Virus record (IMG/VR): IMGVR_UViG_3300022666_000277 | Coordinates: 1 to 38,232 of that record | Strand: one strand, 5' to 3' | DNA length: 38,232 bases | From: a virus | Taxonomy: Duplodnaviria; Caudoviricetes | Shown here: positions 34,611 through 38,232 of the stretch, one piece after another | Layout of the letters: each line of letters begins with the position of its first letter | Numbering within the stretch: the first letter of the stretch is position 1 | Program-made: the position numbers and the translations under genes | The notes under the pieces: generated by a model | What the model was told of the DNA's origin: nothing | The model's database searches: none | Seen by the model: the letters and a program-made list of their open reading frames with translations, nothing else

Positions 34611-35026
34611 CGGTAATGGAAATGGAGATTGGGTTTGAGTTTTTGTATCAGGCATTGGTTGGGGATGCACAGATTGTGGCGGATGTGGGGGCCGGGCAGG
34701 TGTATGAGGATGAGGCGCCGGCGGAGGCGGTGTATCCGTTTATTGTGATTGGTATGGGGGAGAGCGGGCAGGATGCGGTTGGGGCGAATAATCAGCGGTG
34801 TATGGTGGTGTGCAGTGCGTTGGTGCGGGTGGTTGGGTTGGGGAATGACATGGTGCGTTTGAAGCGGGTTTGCGCCCGGGTGGACGCGGTGTTGCATGGG
34901 GCCAGTGGGATGATGGGTGGGCATATGGTGATGACGACGCGGGAACGGCCTTTTCGTTCATCGGGGTGGGTTGGGAATGTTCTGTATAAAAATTTGGGCG
35001 GGTTCTACCGGGTGGAGATCGGGTAG
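34607..35026 (+). CDS. Tail terminator (DUF3168-like)
   Basis: LY..L.GD.......VY.DEAP..AVYPFIV pattern; position before the tail tube gene. Confidence 0.8.
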   Translation: MTVMEMEIGFEFLYQALVGDAQIVADVGAGQVYEDEAPAEAVYPFIVIGMGESGQDAVGANNQRCMVVCSALVRVVGLGNDMVRLKRVCARVDAVLHGASGMMGGHMVMTTRERPFRSSGWVGNVLYKNLGGFYRVEIG

Positions 35027-35067
35027 CCGGTTTTTGCACGGATATCATGAGTTGGAAGGAGTTTGAG

Positions 35068-36090
35068 ATGGCAGTATATGGTACAGATTTTACGTCGGTG
35101 AAGAAGCAGGTGTTGCAGGTGGCGGCGGAGACGACGCAGGGGGTTTTGCCCAGCAGCGGGTGGTTGAAGTTGCATGGGCTGAACCTGGATATTGATACGG
35201 AATTTGAAGCGGAGATTGAGGCGGCTAAGGGTGCGCGTTTTGCGACCAATCAAACGTTGAAGAAGGATCTGGCTAAGGCGGCAATTGGCGGCAAGCCGGA
35301 CTTCAATGAGTTGGATATTCCGTTGTCCAGTGTGTTGTGTAAGCCGACGATCAGCGGTTCGAGCCCGGCGTTTACGCGGGTGTATGAGTTGTTGAATGTT
35401 GCGGCGGTGAGCGAGGCGCGGCAGACGTATGCGGTGCAGTATGGTGATAGTTATCAATGCGAGTCGTATACGGGCGGTTTGTTGGCAGATTTTCAACTGA
35501 CTTTCGACCGTGAGGGGGGGATTACGCAAGGCGGTAACATGATGTTGGGTGCGTTGGATCTGACGCAGACGCTGAAAACGGGCGCGGCGGAGATTGCGAA
35601 GGCGGCAATGATGGCGCGCTCTGTGGATGTGTGGGTGGCGGATGCGCCCAGCGGGTTGGGGGAGGCCGGGAATAAGGTGGTGTTGCCGTGGGTCTATACG
35701 TGGGGGATCAATGGCCGGGCGGCGGAATACTGGGCGTTGAACAGTGCGTATCCTGGGCCGGCGATGTATGACGAGGGGGAAGATCAGGGTTTCGCTGGCA
35801 ATTTGAAGGTGCCTACGGTGTATGGTTTGCCGAAGTTTCTGGAGAAGATACGCCAGGGGCAGTTGATTTATGTACGGGTTGAGGCGAAGGGGAAGAAGTT
35901 GGCGACAGGTACGCCGGATGTGTATGAGCTTTTGCGCATCGATCAGTGCTGGTTTGTGCAGTCCATTCCTACGGATAACTATAAGGGGGCATATTCGAAG
36001 AATGTCAACCTGGTTGGGGCGCAATCCGATGATGCCAGTTGGGCGAAGTCTGTTTGTGTGACGTTGATCAATGGGATTGCGGGGAGTTGA
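35068..36090 (+). CDS. Major tail (tube) protein
   Basis: Between the terminator and chaperone genes; QVAAETTQGV N-terminal motif; AAGGAG RBS before ATG 35068. Confidence 0.78.
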   Translation: MAVYGTDFTSVKKQVLQVAAETTQGVLPSSGWLKLHGLNLDIDTEFEAEIEAAKGARFATNQTLKKDLAKAAIGGKPDFNELDIPLSSVLCKPTISGSSPAFTRVYELLNVAAVSEARQTYAVQYGDSYQCESYTGGLLADFQLTFDREGGITQGGNMMLGALDLTQTLKTGAAEIAKAAMMARSVDVWVADAPSGLGEAGNKVVLPWVYTWGINGRAAEYWALNSAYPGPAMYDEGEDQGFAGNLKVPTVYGLPKFLEKIRQGQLIYVRVEAKGKKLATGTPDVYELLRIDQCWFVQSIPTDNYKGAYSKNVNLVGAQSDDASWAKSVCVTLINGIAGS

Positions 36091-36091
36091 T

Positions 36092-36436
36092 ATGGAGCTG
36101 AAGCAGATTCGGTGTGTGCGTCGGGTTGAAATTGTGGTGGGGGGAAATCGTTTCTGGTTGGATTATGTTCCTCGACGATGGGATGCTGCGTTTGTGGAAG
36201 GGCACAATGCGCTGGTGGCCAGTGAGGATCCGGGGACGCCGTTTCTGGAACGCGGCAGGGAGCGCTATGTGTATACCCTGATACGGGTGGCAACGGGGTG
36301 GGATATTACTCAGGATGGGGAGCCGGTGCCGTTGACCGAGGAGGTGTTACGCCAGGTGGATGATGTGTATTTGCTGGCGATGTATAGCGCGGTGCGGTCT
36401 GATGTTGAGCAGGGAGAAGAGGAAAAAAACTGCTGA
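36092..36436 (+). CDS. Tail assembly chaperone (gpG-like)
   Basis: Between tail tube and TMP; GWDITQDGEPVPLTEE motif; ends at a slippery site. Confidence 0.8.
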   Translation: MELKQIRCVRRVEIVVGGNRFWLDYVPRRWDAAFVEGHNALVASEDPGTPFLERGRERYVYTLIRVATGWDITQDGEPVPLTEEVLRQVDDVYLLAMYSAVRSDVEQGEEEKNC

Positions 36437-36663
36437 CGGCGTGGCTGTGTGAGCCGGAGTTGTATCGGGCAGTCACGCCGAGGTGGTTGATTGATGAGTA
36501 TTGCGATGTGAATTTGTGGGCGGAGGCTGCCCGATTTTTGGGGTGCAGTGTATTTGAGTTGTTGGAGCGGGAGGATCGGGATTGGTGGATGCGGGTATGG
36601 AGGCGCAAGCAGGAGGCAGAATATGCTGCCCGGGCGATTATGGGGCAGGATGCGGGTGCTTGA
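36424..36663 (+). CDS. gpT-like extension reached by a -1 frameshift at A AAA AAC
   Basis: In-frame X XXY YYZ heptamer at 36424-36430; the -1 frame (LLTAWLCEPELYRAV...) is open to 36663. Confidence 0.8.
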   Translation, partial: KKLLTAWLCEPELYRAVTPRWLIDEYCDVNLWAEAARFLGCSVFELLEREDRDWWMRVWRRKQEAEYAARAIMGQDAGA

Positions 36664-36898
36664 GACGCTTCAGGAACCAGGCCCAGGCGATCGATGCCAG
36701 GATGAAGCCGATCGATGCGGCGCACAGGGCGCTGCCGGCGCCGGAAAATGATCCAATCCAGGCCAGGCCGACGATGAGGGCGGCGGAAAGGATGATCAGG
36801 GCGATGAGAGCCACGCCGGCTTTGGGTGAGGATGCGAGCAGGACGATTGGGAGGGCGACGGCGGCGAGTAAGACGAAGATACCAAGGGCAGTCAGCAT
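36638..36898 (-). CDS. Antisense moron: small membrane protein (about 3 TM helices), 86 aa
   Basis: GGAG RBS; candidate own promoter TTCCAT-17-TATAAT (36951-36923, - strand); almost entirely hydrophobic. Confidence 0.75.
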   Translation of the reverse strand: MLTALGIFVLLAAVALPIVLLASSPKAGVALIALIILSAALIVGLAWIGSFSGAGSALCAASIGFILASIAWAWFLKRLKHPHPAP

Positions 36899-36945
36899 GT
36901 TTGTTTCTCCAGGTTTGTTTTTATTATAAGGCGCTGCGGAGGCAT

Positions 36946-38232
36946 ATGGAAGCGTTCAATTTGTTTGGTAAGCTGGTTTTAGAGGGGTATGAGAAGGCGG
37001 AGCGCCAGATTAAGGGGGTTGGGCGTGAAGTTGATACGGCGCAGCGGGCATTGGATGGTCTGTCGCAAAAGGGGTATGCGTACAGTACGGCTGTTTCGAT
37101 GGTGAGCAAGGATTTGATGGCGCAATCTGCGGCGCAGTCGCGGGTTACGGCGGCGCATGGTGGGCTGGCGATGGCGCAGGAGAAAGAGAGGGCGGCGGCG
37201 ATCAGGCTGGCGGACGCTCAATTGCAATTGCAGCAGAGTTCTGGGCCTGTGCAGCAGCAGGAACTGGTGATGGCGGTGCGCCAGGCTGAGGTGGCTTTTC
37301 ACCAGGCGCGGCAGGAGGTTAGGGAGTATGGCAATGCTGTGAAGCAGGCAGAGGGGGCGAATACGACGTTCGGGAAGGCGAAGACGGCGATTGGTGATTT
37401 TGTGGGCCTGTATGCCGGGCAGGCCGCGGCAGCTGCAGGGGTTATTACTGGGGCGGTGGCTGTTGGGAAGAAGGTGTATGAATTGGGGCGTGAGGGGGCT
37501 GGGATTACGCAGACGGAGGAGTCATTTAAGCGGCTGACGGTTAATTTGGGCGGCAGTACGGATATGTTAGATCGGCTGCGGACGGCCAGTCGGGGTACGG
37601 TGGACGACGTGCAGTTGATGAGTTCTACCACTGCGCTATTGAGCGGCACGAGCGGCGATCTGGCAAAGAGTTTGCTGGGTGCGACGCCACAGTTGATGGA
37701 GATGGCGAAAGCTGCCAATAAACTCAATCCCACACTGGGGGATACAACGTATATGTATCAGAGCCTGGCGTTGGGGATTAAGCGCGGGTCGCCGATGATT
37801 CTGGATAATTTGGGGATCACGATCAGTATTGAGCAGGCGAACCGAAAGTATGCTGAGGCGCTGGGGAAGAGTGTGGATGAGTTGAGTAAGGAGGAACAGC
37901 AACAGGCATTGTTGAATGCTGTGCTGGAGAAGGGGAATATTTTGGTGCAACAGGCGGGGGGGGATACAGATAGTGCGACGGATAGTTATGCTCGTTTAGA
38001 AACGGCGAGCAAGAATTTGGGGGATGCGATTATGGCAAAACTGGCGCCAGGTTTGGCGGCGGCGGCCGAGGGGGCTGTGTTGTTGTTGACGGGTGAGGAG
38101 CAAGTGCAATCTGCGGTGAAGACGCATGGTACGGATATTTATCGGCAGGCGAAGAGTTATGAGGAGTATGCCGGGGAGCTAAAGCGAGCTGCGGGGGCTG
38201 CAGGTTTGTTTGTGGATGAGCAGGGTAATTTG
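36946..38232 (+). CDS. Tail tape measure protein, N-terminal part (continues across the junction to 1270; 809 aa total)
   Basis: GGAGG RBS then ATG at 36946 (MEAFNLFGKLV...). The frame stays open to the end and is in frame with ORF 11..1270 (38116-36946=1170). Ala-rich and helical, with a GIKRGSPMILDNLGI TMP-type motif; follows the tail chaperone. Not in the supplied ORF track. Confidence 0.9.
   Translation, partial: MEAFNLFGKLVLEGYEKAERQIKGVGREVDTAQRALDGLSQKGYAYSTAVSMVSKDLMAQSAAQSRVTAAHGGLAMAQEKERAAAIRLADAQLQLQQSSGPVQQQELVMAVRQAEVAFHQARQEVREYGNAVKQAEGANTTFGKAKTAIGDFVGLYAGQAAAAAGVITGAVAVGKKVYELGREGAGITQTEESFKRLTVNLGGSTDMLDRLRTASRGTVDDVQLMSSTTALLSGTSGDLAKSLLGATPQLMEMAKAANKLNPTLGDTTYMYQSLALGIKRGSPMILDNLGITISIEQANRKYAEALGKSVDELSKEEQQQALLNAVLEKGNILVQQAGGDTDSATDSYARLETASKNLGDAIMAKLAPGLAAAAEGAVLLLTGEEQVQSAVKTHGTDIYRQAKSYEEYAGELKRAAGAAGLFVDEQGNL
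38106..38232 (+). repeat. Terminal direct repeat, copy 2
   Basis: Identical to 1-127. Confidence 0.95.

Larger units (their letters stand above)
1..38232. mobile_element. Complete circular temperate siphovirus genome (38,105 bp unique), with plasmid-like features
   Basis: Head, neck and tail genes, integrase, repressors and replication genes are all present. The termini overlap exactly and the tape measure ORF reads in frame across the junction. Confidence 0.93.

Noticed and set aside
38106-38232. 127-bp terminal repeat as a biological terminal repeat of the virion DNA
   Set aside because: It falls in the middle of the tape measure gene and matches a common assembler k-mer length. It shows circularity, not physical genome ends.

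Overview
This window is an apparently complete, circular temperate siphovirus genome of 38,105 bp; bases 1-127 are repeated exactly at 38106-38232. The + strand carries the late module: holin, TerS/TerL, portal, scaffold, capsid, neck, tail tube, tail chaperone with a -1 frameshift, a tape measure gene spanning the junction, an evolved Dit, a hub and CBM-like receptor-binding genes. The - strand carries a large serine integrase with a candidate attP inside its own 3' end, an AT-richer accessory block (an NYN RNase and a two-gene nuclease-like pair) and a tandemly duplicated repressor module. The early operon looks plasmid-like or AICE-like: a Xer-type tyrosine recombinase with a symmetric dif-like site, a primase-helicase with an iteron origin, a lipoprotein-anchored FtsK/TraB-like translocase, and ParA plus a partner followed by a centromere-like repeat. 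No endolysin is recognisable. A Chloroflexota (Anaerolineae-like) host is an inference only. The strongest novelty candidates are: (1) a promoter, tandem hairpin-repeat RNA, terminator and NYN RNase unit that resembles an unrecognised type III toxin-antitoxin or defence system; (2) a virion-encoding phage with a TraB-like DNA transfer module; (3) dual repressors flanked by small proteins that mimic the repressor C-terminal domain. All product calls come from motif reading and synteny, not database searches.
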